From Candidatus Kuenenia stuttgartensis (GTDB lineage Bacteria; Planctomycetota; Brocadiia; Brocadiales; Brocadiaceae), in the NCBI RefSeq assembly GCF_900232105.1, contig NZ_LT934425.1, positions 1,230,001-1,262,000 of the forward strand: a stretch of 32,000 bases of DNA, written 5' to 3'. This document shows positions 1 through 9,753 of the stretch, one piece after another; position 1 is the stretch's first letter, and each line of letters begins with the position of its first letter. The notes beneath the pieces were generated by a model. It did no database searches. It was not told the DNA's origin and saw nothing but the letters and a program-made list of their open reading frames with translations. Position numbers and translations under genes: made by a program.

Positions 1-3
1 TAC

Positions 4-1491
4 TTACCGGTGCGTATTTTTCCCTTCTTTCTTGGAACAATAGAGTGCATTGTCGGCTTTTTTGATTAAATCCTCCATGTCATTGCCGTCTGCCGGATAT
101 AGACTGATGCCTATGCTGACGGTAATGCCGATTTTGTCATTATTAATCAGGAATTTTTGGGAAAGTAATCCGAGAAGCTTCTTCGCCACATGATTTGCAT
201 CCTCTCTATGATTAATGTTTGTAAGGATAACCATAAACTCATCTCCCCCAAAGCGGGCAACCGTATCACATTCCCGGACGCATTCCTTCATCCTCACGGC
301 TGCCTCCTTTAACAGCAAATCTCCCATATGATGCCCGAAGGAATCGTTAACGGCCTTAAAGCCATCCAGGTCAAGCGCCATGACGGCTGCCATCTTCTTA
401 TTACGTTTTGCCTGAAGGATGGCCATTTCCAGCCGGGCACGAAATAAATTGCGATTGGGGAGGTTGGTAAGGGCATCGTGATATGCCATGTGTTGAATAC
501 ACGCTTCCGAACGTTTACGTACAATGGCATTGCCTATAATCTCAGAAACAATACGGAGCAGCATTATATCTTGTTCTTTGCAGGAGCAGCCGTTCAAAAT
601 ATTTTCACAACTAATAAATCCGAATGAATCTTTGTCCGCAAATACCGGAAAGGACAATACGGATTTGACTTCCCGTTTAATCAAAAACTCTTGTTCTGCC
701 GCTGCTTCTTTTGGCATACGGCACACCTGTGGGATATGAATAACATCGCCCGCACGCAGGTGTTTCATCCACCATGTGAATGCGAAGAAGGAAACGTCCA
801 TAAATCGACGTCTTTGAGAGGGTATGCCTTCGTTGCACCATTCATAAACATTGTCAGCCATGCCGTTATTCGTACCGGACAGCACAAGGCATACCCTGTC
901 AACTCCGATCTGCCTGCCAATTTCTCCCTCGCCTATTGTTTGGAGTATTTTTGGAATAGCCTCATCAACAGAAACAGACTCCATCAATATGTTCGACAGT
1001 ATATACAGGATTTCATGCCGCTGTTCATTTTGCTTTTGTATTGTTATATCTTCCTTTATCGCAAAAAAATGTGTTATCATTCCTTCCTCATTCATGAGGG
1101 GAGAAATAGACGCCTTCTCCCAGTAGAAACTGCCGTCTTTTTTCTTATTACAAAACACCCCTTTCCATTTTTTGCCGGAGGTAATTGTTTCCCACAAATG
1201 TTTATACTCTTCGGGAGCAGTCCTGCCGGATTTCAGTATGCGGGGATTTGCCCCTGTAACCTCTTCCCGGGTATAGCCGGTGAGTTCAGTAAATTGCGAA
1301 TTTACATATTCAATAGTTCCCTTTATGTCTGTCACAATTACTGCACATGGGATTTGTTCTATTAACGTGTAAAACATGATACGTTTATCTTTTCTGCCTG
1401 TTACCGCGCTCTGCGTGGCAACAAATTGTTTTGGACGCTCTGAGTCCGGATTATTACTCGAGATACAGGGCATCTGATCCTGCATTCCCAC
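4..1491 (-). CDS. Sensor diguanylate cyclase (PAS-GAF-GGDEF)
   Basis: 495 aa ORF with PAS-like N-terminus (IPCAVIVTDIKGTIEYVNSQFTELTGYTREEV), PAC-like segment, GAF-like middle and intact FGGDEF. RxxD (RECD) lies 5 residues before GGDEF, matching a c-di-GMP inhibitory I-site. Confidence 0.93.
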   Translation of the reverse strand: MGMQDQMPCISSNNPDSERPKQFVATQSAVTGRKDKRIMFYTLIEQIPCAVIVTDIKGTIEYVNSQFTELTGYTREEVTGANPRILKSGRTAPEEYKHLWETITSGKKWKGVFCNKKKDGSFYWEKASISPLMNEEGMITHFFAIKEDITIQKQNEQRHEILYILSNILMESVSVDEAIPKILQTIGEGEIGRQIGVDRVCLVLSGTNNGMADNVYEWCNEGIPSQRRRFMDVSFFAFTWWMKHLRAGDVIHIPQVCRMPKEAAAEQEFLIKREVKSVLSFPVFADKDSFGFISCENILNGCSCKEQDIMLLRIVSEIIGNAIVRKRSEACIQHMAYHDALTNLPNRNLFRARLEMAILQAKRNKKMAAVMALDLDGFKAVNDSFGHHMGDLLLKEAAVRMKECVRECDTVARFGGDEFMVILTNINHREDANHVAKKLLGLLSQKFLINNDKIGITVSIGISLYPADGNDMEDLIKKADNALYCSKKEGKNTHR

Positions 1492-1808
1492 GCGAGAGCG
1501 CTGGAACGGGAAAAAACATTACACACTCTTTCGCATTGCTTGTTTTTCGTTGGGCAATGCCCATCCTACTTAACTCACTTTGTTCTGAATGATAAGAAAG
1601 ACGTTGGGTTTTGCCTTTACAACAGACATGCTGGTTACTATTGAGGCGTGTAATCTGAAGGTGGTTACGATAGAGATATGTGCGGAGTGTGAACTTGCCG
1701 AGACGAAGCGTAAAGTTTGTATTGGCTTTCGCTACTGTGATTTGTCCGAACCTAAGAATCTGTGTGCATTCAAATAAATCAAAGGCGGAAAGCGATAGCT
1801 CTGTGCTG

Positions 1809-1837
1809 TATACGGCTGCGCTTCGCGCAGCCGTATA
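1809..1837. repeat. Perfect hairpin tatacggctgcg-cttcg-cgcagccgtata
   Basis: 12 bp perfectly complementary arms around a 5 nt loop (or 13 bp with a 3 nt loop). Confidence 0.9.
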
Positions 1838-1913
1838 ACCATAGCCGTATAACCATAGCCGTATAACCATAGCCGTATAACCATAGCCGTATAACCATAG
1901 CCGTATAACCATA
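1831..1913. repeat. Tandem repeat, 14 bp unit ccgtataaccatag, about 6 copies
   Basis: Direct reading; units start at 1831, 1845, 1859, 1873, 1887 and 1901. Confidence 0.97.
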
Positions 1914-2155
1914 ATAGTCATGTAAGAATAAAGCACAGTAATGTCTAAAATCAAAAAAAATCTTACTGTCGAAGGCTGAATAATTCAGCACTTATCGGTA
2001 GTAAGGCTATCTTTGTACTGTAAGTAAAGACCTTTTACTTTGCGTCCCCTGATTGCTCAGGGTTTGCCTTTATCGATATTTTCATGAATCTTGTATTAAA
2101 AGCGGGAAATATACATTATTACCACGGGTTATTCAATAGTTATTTTTACCGGTAT

Positions 2156-2616
2156 CAAAATTTTTGTAATACTTTAGTCCTATGAAAAAAACCGCTCGTT
2201 CCCAAGCTCCGGCTTGGGAACGGGATTGTTTGAGAAGCTCCAGCTTCGAATGGAAAAGGGAATGAACCCATTATGTCAGCTTGGAGGCTTTTCAGTATGT
2301 TACCCAAGATATTTGGGAACCTCTTTTGAATCGAATAATACACGAAGCTTCGCTTGCCGGCTAAATGGAAGCTAGAGCTTCCAACGCAATTACGTTCCCA
2401 AGCCGGACAGACTGGGTCAAATGAACTTTATTGTCTCAAAAGTGGGGACAACTCTTCGCATTATGCCTGTTTTCGACCCTATTTAGTGCTGTTTTCCCAT
2501 TAAAGTGGAGAATGCCTGTCGTAAAATAGGATAAAATTGCCCATTTGACCCAGTCTGCGGAGCTTGGGAACGAGCATTTTTGTTTTTCCAAAAATCTAAA
2601 CTGTTACAAATTTTTA
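2156..2616. mobile_element. MITE-like non-coding element with about 50 bp imperfect terminal inverted repeats
   Basis: Left end caaaatttttgtaatactttag...accgctcgttccc resembles the reverse complement of the right end gggaacgagc...ctaaactgttacaaatttttag. Internal inverted repeats are present and there is no credible ORF. Confidence 0.6.
2393..2572. repeat. Internal near-perfect inverted repeat, about 30 bp arms
   Basis: cgttcccaagccggacagactgggtcaaat (2393-2422) versus atttgacccagtctgcggagcttgggaacg (2543-2572). Confidence 0.85.
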
Positions 2617-2730
2617 GATCAGGCTGATTAAAGTATGGCTATAAACAGTGGTATAAAATTTGCGACAACGCTACATAATCATTTAAATGTTTCTGGTAAC
2701 TATTCAGCTTAGAGGGGATTTAATTTGTAC

Positions 2731-2812
2731 ATAAGTTTTATAAAAACCAGTTAAACCACGGAACACGCGGAATACACGGAAATTGATTATTTTGCATAAG
2801 TTTTATAAAAAC
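2731..2812. repeat. 17 bp direct repeat ATAAGTTTTATAAAAAC, two copies
   Basis: Identical copies at 2731-2747 and 2796-2812; the shorter word AAGTTTTATA recurs at 2958-2967. Confidence 0.85.
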
Positions 2813-3013
2813 GTGTAAGTATCCTCTTAAAAAAATACTACATTGTGTGAGAAATCGTATTTTTAAACAGATGTTGATAATGGAAGATTAGTAGTGTTTA
2901 AAAATTAAACGTTTTGATATACTGAACTCAAAGTATTTTTTTTACGGGAAAAAAATTAAGTTTTATAATGCGTGGGACATTGAACGGTTTGTTTTTAATG
3001 GAAGGATAAATAA

Positions 3014-4423
3014 ATGAAGCCGAAAGGTATAATTCTTATTGTCGATGACGAAGAAACAATCAGGCTTTCTGTCAGGGAGTTTTTAGATGCGCAGGGTTAT
3101 GAAGCAATTGCCGCCGGTAGTTGCGAAGAAGCGCTGGAGAAAATGGATACATTTATGCCGGATTTGATACTGCTGGATTTGAGATTGCCCAATATAAATG
3201 GAGTGGAACTTATTGAAAAAATAAAAGAGAAAGACCCTAACGCGTTAATGGTGGTAATGACGGGATATGGAAGCGTAGACTCGGCAGTTGAAGTAATGAG
3301 ACTAGGGGCATACGATTATTTAGAGAAACCGTTTAAGCTTGACAGGTTAAGGTCGGTGGTTGAAAAGGCATTAAGGAGGCAGGGGCTGCGCCAGGAGGTG
3401 CTTGAAATAAAGGAAAAGCAATGGACGTTTGATGAAGAATCGGACGGAATTATTATTGGCAATAGCCCGCAGATGAAAGAGATATATTCTCTTATTAAAC
3501 AGGTGGCAAAAAGTTCTTCTACAACGGTGTTAATACAAGGAGAGAGCGGTACCGGGAAAGAGCTTGTTGCAAGGGCGGTGCACCGGTTAAGCGCAAGAAA
3601 ATCAGGGCGTTTTGTGGATATAAATTGCGCTGCCCTGACGGAAAGCCTTCTGGAAGCAGAATTATTTGGTTATGAAAAAGGGGCATTTACCGGCGCGGCG
3701 ACAGCCGGTAAACCGGGTTTGTTTGAAATTGCCGATAAGGGAACCGTTTTCCTTGATGAAATAGGCGAGATGGGGGTTTTGCTGCAGGCAAAACTTTTAA
3801 GAATTCTGCAGGAAAGGCAGTTCAAAAGGGTTGGCGGCATACAGGATATCAAAATAGACGTTCGGATTATTGCCTCGACAAACAGGAACCTTGAAGAAGA
3901 AATAGCGTCGGGAAATTTTAGAAAGGATTTGTATTACCGGTTGAAGGTATTGCCGATTTATGTGCCGCCATTGAGGGAAAGAAGAGAAGATATAATGCTT
4001 TTGGTGAAATACTTTATACATAAATATAATAATGAGTTTGGCAAGAATATTTGCGATATCCCGCCCGATACTGAACGGATATTATTGGAATACGGCTGGC
4101 CTGGGAACATCAGAGAATTAAAGAATGTGGTAGAAAGAGGCGTGTTGATTGCAAACGGCAGCGCATTATCGCCTAAATATGTTGCAAATATCAGCGTTGG
4201 GAAAAAAGAATCTGAAAGCCTTGCCGGTATTACTGTTGATGGAAATACTGACTGTGTAAGCAGCGACGGACTTGATGCCCGTTCACTGGCATTTATGGAA
4301 AAACAACATATAGAAAATGTCCTGAAAGAAACCTCATGGCGAAGGACGGAAGCGGCAAGGGTGCTGGGTATCAACAGAACGACCTTATATAATAAAATAA
4401 AAGAGTATGGCATTGCACAGTAA
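3014..4423 (+). CDS. Sigma54-dependent response regulator, NtrC family
   Basis: Receiver domain (DDEETIRLSVREFL, LILLDLRLP), AAA+ with GESGTGKELVARAVH and GAFTGA, and a C-terminal Fis-type HTH. Confidence 0.96.
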   Translation: MKPKGIILIVDDEETIRLSVREFLDAQGYEAIAAGSCEEALEKMDTFMPDLILLDLRLPNINGVELIEKIKEKDPNALMVVMTGYGSVDSAVEVMRLGAYDYLEKPFKLDRLRSVVEKALRRQGLRQEVLEIKEKQWTFDEESDGIIIGNSPQMKEIYSLIKQVAKSSSTTVLIQGESGTGKELVARAVHRLSARKSGRFVDINCAALTESLLEAELFGYEKGAFTGAATAGKPGLFEIADKGTVFLDEIGEMGVLLQAKLLRILQERQFKRVGGIQDIKIDVRIIASTNRNLEEEIASGNFRKDLYYRLKVLPIYVPPLRERREDIMLLVKYFIHKYNNEFGKNICDIPPDTERILLEYGWPGNIRELKNVVERGVLIANGSALSPKYVANISVGKKESESLAGITVDGNTDCVSSDGLDARSLAFMEKQHIENVLKETSWRRTEAARVLGINRTTLYNKIKEYGIAQ

Positions 4424-4462
4424 TATTTAATTAATAAGCAAAAGATCGCCTATAAAAAAAAG

Positions 4463-5998
4463 ATGAAGAAAAAAATTTTATTGGTAGATGATGAAGAAAC
4501 GCTGCGATGGGCTTTGCAAAATACCCTTTTGGATGACGGTTATGATGTGGAGGAGACCAACGATAGCATTGAAGCCCTGGAATTGGCGAAAAAAAGAAAA
4601 TACGATTTGGTGATTAGCGATTTAACTATGCCCTTCATGAATGGCGTGCAGTTAATTGCTGAAATAAAGAAGGCAAATCCCTCAATAAGGGCGATTATTA
4701 TGACGGGTTATGGTTCAACGGAGGCGGTTATTGAGGCGATGCATACCGGCGTTTCTGATTTTATAACAAAGCCTTTTAAGCTTGAACATATGAAGAAGGT
4801 GATTCGCAAAGTCCTGAGTGAAGGCGAAAATACCGGTACAAATGCGCATAGCGAAAAAAAACGCGGGAATGAAGAACCACGGCCGTGTGAGGTATATACT
4901 GACAAGCACAAGGATTCATCCTGTTATATTGTGCAGGACGAAACAGAGAAGGCAAATCTTACTTTTTATGATGCCGTTGAGACTGATGACCGCCAGTTGG
5001 CGCTGTTTGGAAGTTTTTCACGCGAGGCCGGGTTGGAAAATCTGGATACGGTGATAAAAACAGTTTTTCGCTATGAGGCTAAAACATGCAGATCACCGGC
5101 ATCTTTGATAAAAAACATGAATACATTTCTCTGCGAAAATATAAAAAACCGTTTTCCGCTTATGCTTTTCTGTGTAATTTTGGAGAAACAAGGGCAAAAA
5201 CTCTCTTATTCAATTTGCGGGGAAGGACTCGCCTGTTTTGTATTTTCGCAGGAAAAAGAAATGACACAGTTGCAATCGTATCCCTTATTCCTAAATATGT
5301 TTCCTGACATAAGCGTGCCGGAGCAAACCCTGCCAATGCCTGCGGGTAATAGATTTATTGTGATTGACAGCAATGCTGTTGCTACAAGCATCCGGAAGGG
5401 AATTATTCAGAAAGACAGGCTCAGGGATGCACTTGTGCGGGATGTTGCCGGGGATTGTGAGCATGTGGCGAAAAAAATGAAAGAGGGAATAGTTGGATGG
5501 CATGAACTGACTGCCGATGCACGAAATTGTTCCGTCGCTGCCTTTACCCTGGAGAATGGCAGATGCATGCCATGGAAAGAAGAGATTTCTATTTCCATGC
5601 CCATTGATGATTATGATGAAGTGCTGCAATTATTCGAAGAAAAGTTGTCAAAAATAGTGGGTGACGAGTGTAAGAGGCATGACATTATTACGTCTGTTAA
5701 TGAGGCCGTTTTGAACGCATTATTCTTTGCATACAAGGAGGGGGAAAAAGGGGAAATTGTTCTGAAATTTTCTAGATTGGGGGAAGATATCATCATAGTG
5801 GTAAGCGACAGGGGCTGTGGATTTGATACGCAGAACTATGAAGAACCTGATACGACATTTTATAAAGGCATAGCAAGAAAAGACGGGCGAGGGATTTTTG
5901 TTATGAAACAGTTAATGGATAGAGTAATGATACAATCCGGCAGGGGAACCGGGACTTCGGTCTTTTTGGCGAAACGGGTAAACTTCTATGGAAATTGA
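4463..5998 (+). CDS. Response regulator receiver fused to a degenerate SpoIIE/PP2C-like region and an RsbW-like HATPase
   Basis: N-terminal receiver (VDDEETLRWALQ, DLVISDLTMP); middle aligns by eye with the SpoIIE fold; C-terminal HATPase (NEAVLNALFFA...VVSDRGCGFD...GRGIFVMKQLMDRV). Confidence 0.85.
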   Translation: MKKKILLVDDEETLRWALQNTLLDDGYDVEETNDSIEALELAKKRKYDLVISDLTMPFMNGVQLIAEIKKANPSIRAIIMTGYGSTEAVIEAMHTGVSDFITKPFKLEHMKKVIRKVLSEGENTGTNAHSEKKRGNEEPRPCEVYTDKHKDSSCYIVQDETEKANLTFYDAVETDDRQLALFGSFSREAGLENLDTVIKTVFRYEAKTCRSPASLIKNMNTFLCENIKNRFPLMLFCVILEKQGQKLSYSICGEGLACFVFSQEKEMTQLQSYPLFLNMFPDISVPEQTLPMPAGNRFIVIDSNAVATSIRKGIIQKDRLRDALVRDVAGDCEHVAKKMKEGIVGWHELTADARNCSVAAFTLENGRCMPWKEEISISMPIDDYDEVLQLFEEKLSKIVGDECKRHDIITSVNEAVLNALFFAYKEGEKGEIVLKFSRLGEDIIIVVSDRGCGFDTQNYEEPDTTFYKGIARKDGRGIFVMKQLMDRVMIQSGRGTGTSVFLAKRVNFYGN

Positions 5999-6368
5999 AA
6001 GGCATGAAAAAGGCAATGTGGTCGTGTTATCGCCAAAGGGGAACCTCGTGTATGAGGGGGCAATCAAACTGGAGTGCATGCTTAAGATTTTGTGCGAAGA
6101 TGCATGCGCCATTATACTGAATTTCAGAGATGTAAAGTATATTTCCGCAAACGCATTGGGGAGTATCGCATATTATGTGAGTTGTTTCAGGGAAAAACAA
6201 AAGGGATTTAAGCTGGTTCAAACAAATAAAAACATTAAAAAACTTATGGATATTACCGGCCTGCTTCGCATTGTGGAGGTATTTGAGAACGAGGATGAAG
6301 CAATGTCAAGCATTGGTCCCCGTGTGGGGAAACTGGAAAGAACATTTTTATGGTCAGGGGGAAATTAA
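5988..6368 (+). CDS. STAS-domain anti-sigma factor antagonist-like protein
   Basis: VVLSPKGNLVYEGAIKLECMLKILCED-ACAIILNFRDVKYISANALGSIAYYV matches the SpoIIAA/RsbV pattern. It overlaps the upstream ORF by 11 bp. Confidence 0.88.
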   Translation: MEIERHEKGNVVVLSPKGNLVYEGAIKLECMLKILCEDACAIILNFRDVKYISANALGSIAYYVSCFREKQKGFKLVQTNKNIKKLMDITGLLRIVEVFENEDEAMSSIGPRVGKLERTFLWSGGN

Positions 6369-6517
6369 TCCTCAGTCCTCAGTCGGCAATCCTAAATCTG
6401 CAATTTGCCGATTTCCGATTGTAGATTGCCGACTGCATAAGTGACCATTAAATATTTCGTCAAATAATGCAAAGAAATTACTGATAAGGTACTAACTTTA
6501 TTAAGAGGTAATAAAAT

Positions 6518-7456
6518 ATGACTAATACTCCATCTGATGACGAAAAAAAGGAAACTGCATTAAATGAAATAATCGAAGGGCTGCAAAAACGGGAGGAGGA
6601 AGATTCTTTCCCGGAAGCGATTTCGCAAGGTGAAGACGCGCCCGATATGCCTGTTCATGAAGCCTCTGACGAGTCGGTAAAATCAAAAAAATTGTTAAAA
6701 GCGGGCATGTTGCTCAATCAATATGTACTTTCCGCTATGGTGCTTTTTTTTATAGTAGGCGCGATAAGCTTCTTTTTATTTCTCCAGAAAGATTGGATTA
6801 AAGTAAAAGGCAATAAAATGGTTTCCCGCCTTGTGGAAAAAAAGCTGGAAGAGTCTTTGGATAAATATATGGACTTGAACGACAATTTAAGGGGTGGCAA
6901 AAGGGCTAAGGCAAAACTGTCAGACGATATAAAGGGGGAAAATTCTTCTGGTGTACAGCGAGGCCGGGAAGAAACGCAGGAAGACAGGACAGAATATATC
7001 ATCGAAGCAAATCGATTGTACGAACAGGGCGATTACAAGACGGCGGCTTCTCTCTATGGAAAGGGATTAGACAAATCGATGCCTTTTCTGAATGAGGATT
7101 TTATTGTATATCGTTTGGGCGATTGTTATTTTCAATCGGGAGATTATAAGGAAGCCCTTGAAGTGTTCAGGCATTTAAACAATGATTATCTTAACAGCGA
7201 GTATCAATTGCAAAGCAGATTAAAAATGGGTGAATGTTGCGCAAAACTGGGGGACTATAAGCAAGCAAGAAAAACCCTTTACTCCGTTATCGCCCAGGAA
7301 GGTGACTGCAAAACGGAAGAAGATAAGTCGTGCGTGGCAGAGTCTTATTTTAAAATCGGAGATTATTACCGGGAGGAGTCAAAACGTCTGAAAAATGCAT
7401 CTCAAATGGTAGGTACGGTCACCGCAGGATCCGGGAAAAGCAATGACCATTTGTAG
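6518..7456 (+). CDS. Membrane-anchored TPR protein
   Basis: One hydrophobic segment (YVLSAMVLFFIVGAISFFLFL) followed by TPR-like repeats. Confidence 0.75.
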   Translation: MTNTPSDDEKKETALNEIIEGLQKREEEDSFPEAISQGEDAPDMPVHEASDESVKSKKLLKAGMLLNQYVLSAMVLFFIVGAISFFLFLQKDWIKVKGNKMVSRLVEKKLEESLDKYMDLNDNLRGGKRAKAKLSDDIKGENSSGVQRGREETQEDRTEYIIEANRLYEQGDYKTAASLYGKGLDKSMPFLNEDFIVYRLGDCYFQSGDYKEALEVFRHLNNDYLNSEYQLQSRLKMGECCAKLGDYKQARKTLYSVIAQEGDCKTEEDKSCVAESYFKIGDYYREESKRLKNASQMVGTVTAGSGKSNDHL

Positions 7457-7481
7457 AACGAAGAATAGGAAGGCAAATGAA

Positions 7482-7690
7482 GAATTTTGGTAACACTTTA
7501 GTCTTGTTAAACGGGGAATTGTCATTTGTAGTGCGACGAGGTTCGTCGCACTACATGAATTTAGTGGGCTTAGATATTTCAAGTGAGGAACGAGCGGCAA
7601 CCGTTTATAGCAAATGCTCCGCCCCTGCACTTATACGGCAAGTAGCGTTATTATTGGAATTTTTCTAAAAACTAAAGTGTTACAAAATTC
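7482..7690. mobile_element. MITE-like element of about 209 bp
   Basis: Termini gaattttggtaacactttagt (7482-7502) and actaaagtgttacaaaattc (7671-7690) are inverted repeats with a one-base indel. The right end resembles that of the 2156-2616 element. Confidence 0.65.
7528..7554. repeat. Perfect hairpin gtagtgcgacga-ggt-tcgtcgcactac
   Basis: 12 bp perfect arms with a 3 nt loop, inside the 7482-7690 element. Confidence 0.92.
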
Positions 7691-7719
7691 TGCATATACC
7701 ATTTATGGGATAATGAATA

Positions 7720-9555
7720 ATGAATAGAAGAATAATTTTTATACTCATATTTCTTTTAGGCGTATTTCCTGTATGCTCTCTTTCCAAAGCCGGTGAGGAG
7801 ACTACTGGCGAGGCGAAGGAGGATATCTCAAATACCGTGCAGGGCGTATTGAACGAGGAGAGGAAAAACCTGGAAATGCTTCAGATGCAGTTGCAGGCTA
7901 TTGATGAATCAAGCGAACTCAGTGAATCATTAAATAAAGAGTTGAGAAATCTTGAGATGCTCCAAATGCAATTGCAAATATTAAGAGATCAGGAGTTAGA
8001 AGAAAAGGAAGATAATGGCGCCGGGACGAAGGCGGCTGAAAAGAAGAGTGGTGCTCCGGAAGAAAGAAAAGAGGTTTTTATACAACCAAATGAAAATATC
8101 ATGCTGAAAAAAGAACTGGACGAGTATGATATGCCGGTTTATTCAATTAACGCAAAACAGGTGCAGGTGTCTGAAATATTGAAAGCGCTGTCAGCAGTCT
8201 ATGGCAAAAGTATTATTGTGGATGAAGAAATTGCACCCGAATACTTGTCATCTTTTATAAATGTATCAATCAAAAAAAGCCCATTACAGGATATATTGGA
8301 AGTAATTATCGGAATGCGCAACCTGGAATTTATTCCGAAAGAGAACGCTATATTTGTTACCTCTTTGTCACAGCTTAACGTCGATACGGCATCTGACTAT
8401 TATAAGGATAAGGCTGCCCAAATATATCAAAGGGCACAAATAAAATATCCCAACGACAAAATGGTCGTCAAGGCGTATTATGAACTGGGGAATTATTATT
8501 ATGATCTGGGTTTCAATTTTCTTGCGTTGCAGGAATATCAGGTTGTTGTAAAAAAATATATAACGTCTCTCTTTGCAAAAGATGCTTTATTTAAAATCGG
8601 AGACTGTTATTACCGCCTCAATGACCCGGAAAGCGCCATTAGGGCGTATTTTCAGTTTATTTATGGCTATCCGAAAGATCCTTTAATTGCCGATGCTTTT
8701 ATGGGGATCGGCGACTCTTTAATGATGCAGGGGTTTTATGTGCGGGCAAAGGACACCTACGAAAGGGTGCTGAATGGATATCCGGAAACAGAGATTGCCG
8801 CTAAGGCGCAGCTTAACATTGCCAAAGCGCTTGCAAAAATGGAAAAACACCGGGAGGCGATTCGGGCATTGATGGAGGCCAGGGAACTCTATAATTCCCT
8901 CCATATAGGGGCTGAGATTGAATATTTAATAGGAAAATGTTTATTCTCGTTGAAGGAGTATGAGGATGCCAAAACAGTTTTGGGGAATTTCCTGGCCAAT
9001 GCGGGCAATGAGAGATATGCCGAAGACGCAAGTTTCTTATTGGGAGAATGCTTCTATAATAATGAGAATTATGTTGAGGCATTCCAGGTTTTTAAGAGAG
9101 CGCTGGAAACCTATCCAAACAGCAGCAATGTCCCACGCGGTATGTATTTTTTGGGAAAGTCTCTGCGGGCAATGCACTTTTATGATTCTGCGATAAAAAC
9201 ATTCCGGGAAGGGATACAATTTTGGCCAACTAATGAATATGCGGACAAAATGGCCATGGAGATAGGATGGTGTTATTTTGATGATGATAATTATGCGCGG
9301 GCGCAGGAAGGTTTTAAGGATTTTATAAAGAAGTACCCTTACAGCAAGGTATTAATAGAAGGAATGGTTGGCCTGGCGGATGCACTCTTCTGCGAAAAAA
9401 AATACGAACAAGCTGTGAAGGCATATATAGATGTTTTAGGAAATAGCAGCGAAAAGGAAATCAGGGCGTTTGCATTTGAAAGAATTGGCGCTTGTTATAA
9501 AGCTATGGGAAAACTGGAACAAGCAATAAAAGCGTTTCGTTTAGAGTTGGGATGA
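7720..9555 (+). CDS. Secreted or periplasmic protein with secretin-N/STN-like domain and multiple TPRs
   Basis: Signal peptide; QVSEILKALSAVYGKSIIVDEEI...PLQDILEVIIGMRNLEFIPKENAIFV resembles an STN/secretin N domain; many TPR/BamD-like repeats follow. Confidence 0.75.
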   Translation: MNRRIIFILIFLLGVFPVCSLSKAGEETTGEAKEDISNTVQGVLNEERKNLEMLQMQLQAIDESSELSESLNKELRNLEMLQMQLQILRDQELEEKEDNGAGTKAAEKKSGAPEERKEVFIQPNENIMLKKELDEYDMPVYSINAKQVQVSEILKALSAVYGKSIIVDEEIAPEYLSSFINVSIKKSPLQDILEVIIGMRNLEFIPKENAIFVTSLSQLNVDTASDYYKDKAAQIYQRAQIKYPNDKMVVKAYYELGNYYYDLGFNFLALQEYQVVVKKYITSLFAKDALFKIGDCYYRLNDPESAIRAYFQFIYGYPKDPLIADAFMGIGDSLMMQGFYVRAKDTYERVLNGYPETEIAAKAQLNIAKALAKMEKHREAIRALMEARELYNSLHIGAEIEYLIGKCLFSLKEYEDAKTVLGNFLANAGNERYAEDASFLLGECFYNNENYVEAFQVFKRALETYPNSSNVPRGMYFLGKSLRAMHFYDSAIKTFREGIQFWPTNEYADKMAMEIGWCYFDDDNYARAQEGFKDFIKKYPYSKVLIEGMVGLADALFCEKKYEQAVKAYIDVLGNSSEKEIRAFAFERIGACYKAMGKLEQAIKAFRLELG

Positions 9556-9753
9556 TGCCTGTCTCAGCCATAAAAGAATCCCCCCGCAATCGGCAGTCTA
9601 CGGTCGGCAAATTGCAAATTGAGGACTGAGCAAGGTGAGGAATCTTAGGATTTCTCACCTTGGCAGAAATGACAATTACAGGCATATTAAATTCTTCTAT
9701 GTCCCTAAGCACCATCCATTTTCCAAATCTTTAACTGCGTCTTTACCCCTGCT

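Noticed and set aside
1831-1913. Possible CRISPR or CRISPR-like array
   Set aside because: Units are contiguous 14 bp copies without spacers; this is a simple tandem repeat. No cas genes were seen.
1454-1991. Track ORFs 1454..1954 and 1779..1991 (minus)
   Set aside because: They read through the 14 bp tandem array and repeats; YGYTAMVIRLWLYGYG is repeat translation with no recognisable fold.
7477-7668. Track ORF 63 aa (plus)
   Set aside because: It lies inside the 7482-7690 inverted-repeat element and spans the hairpin; no protein-like features.
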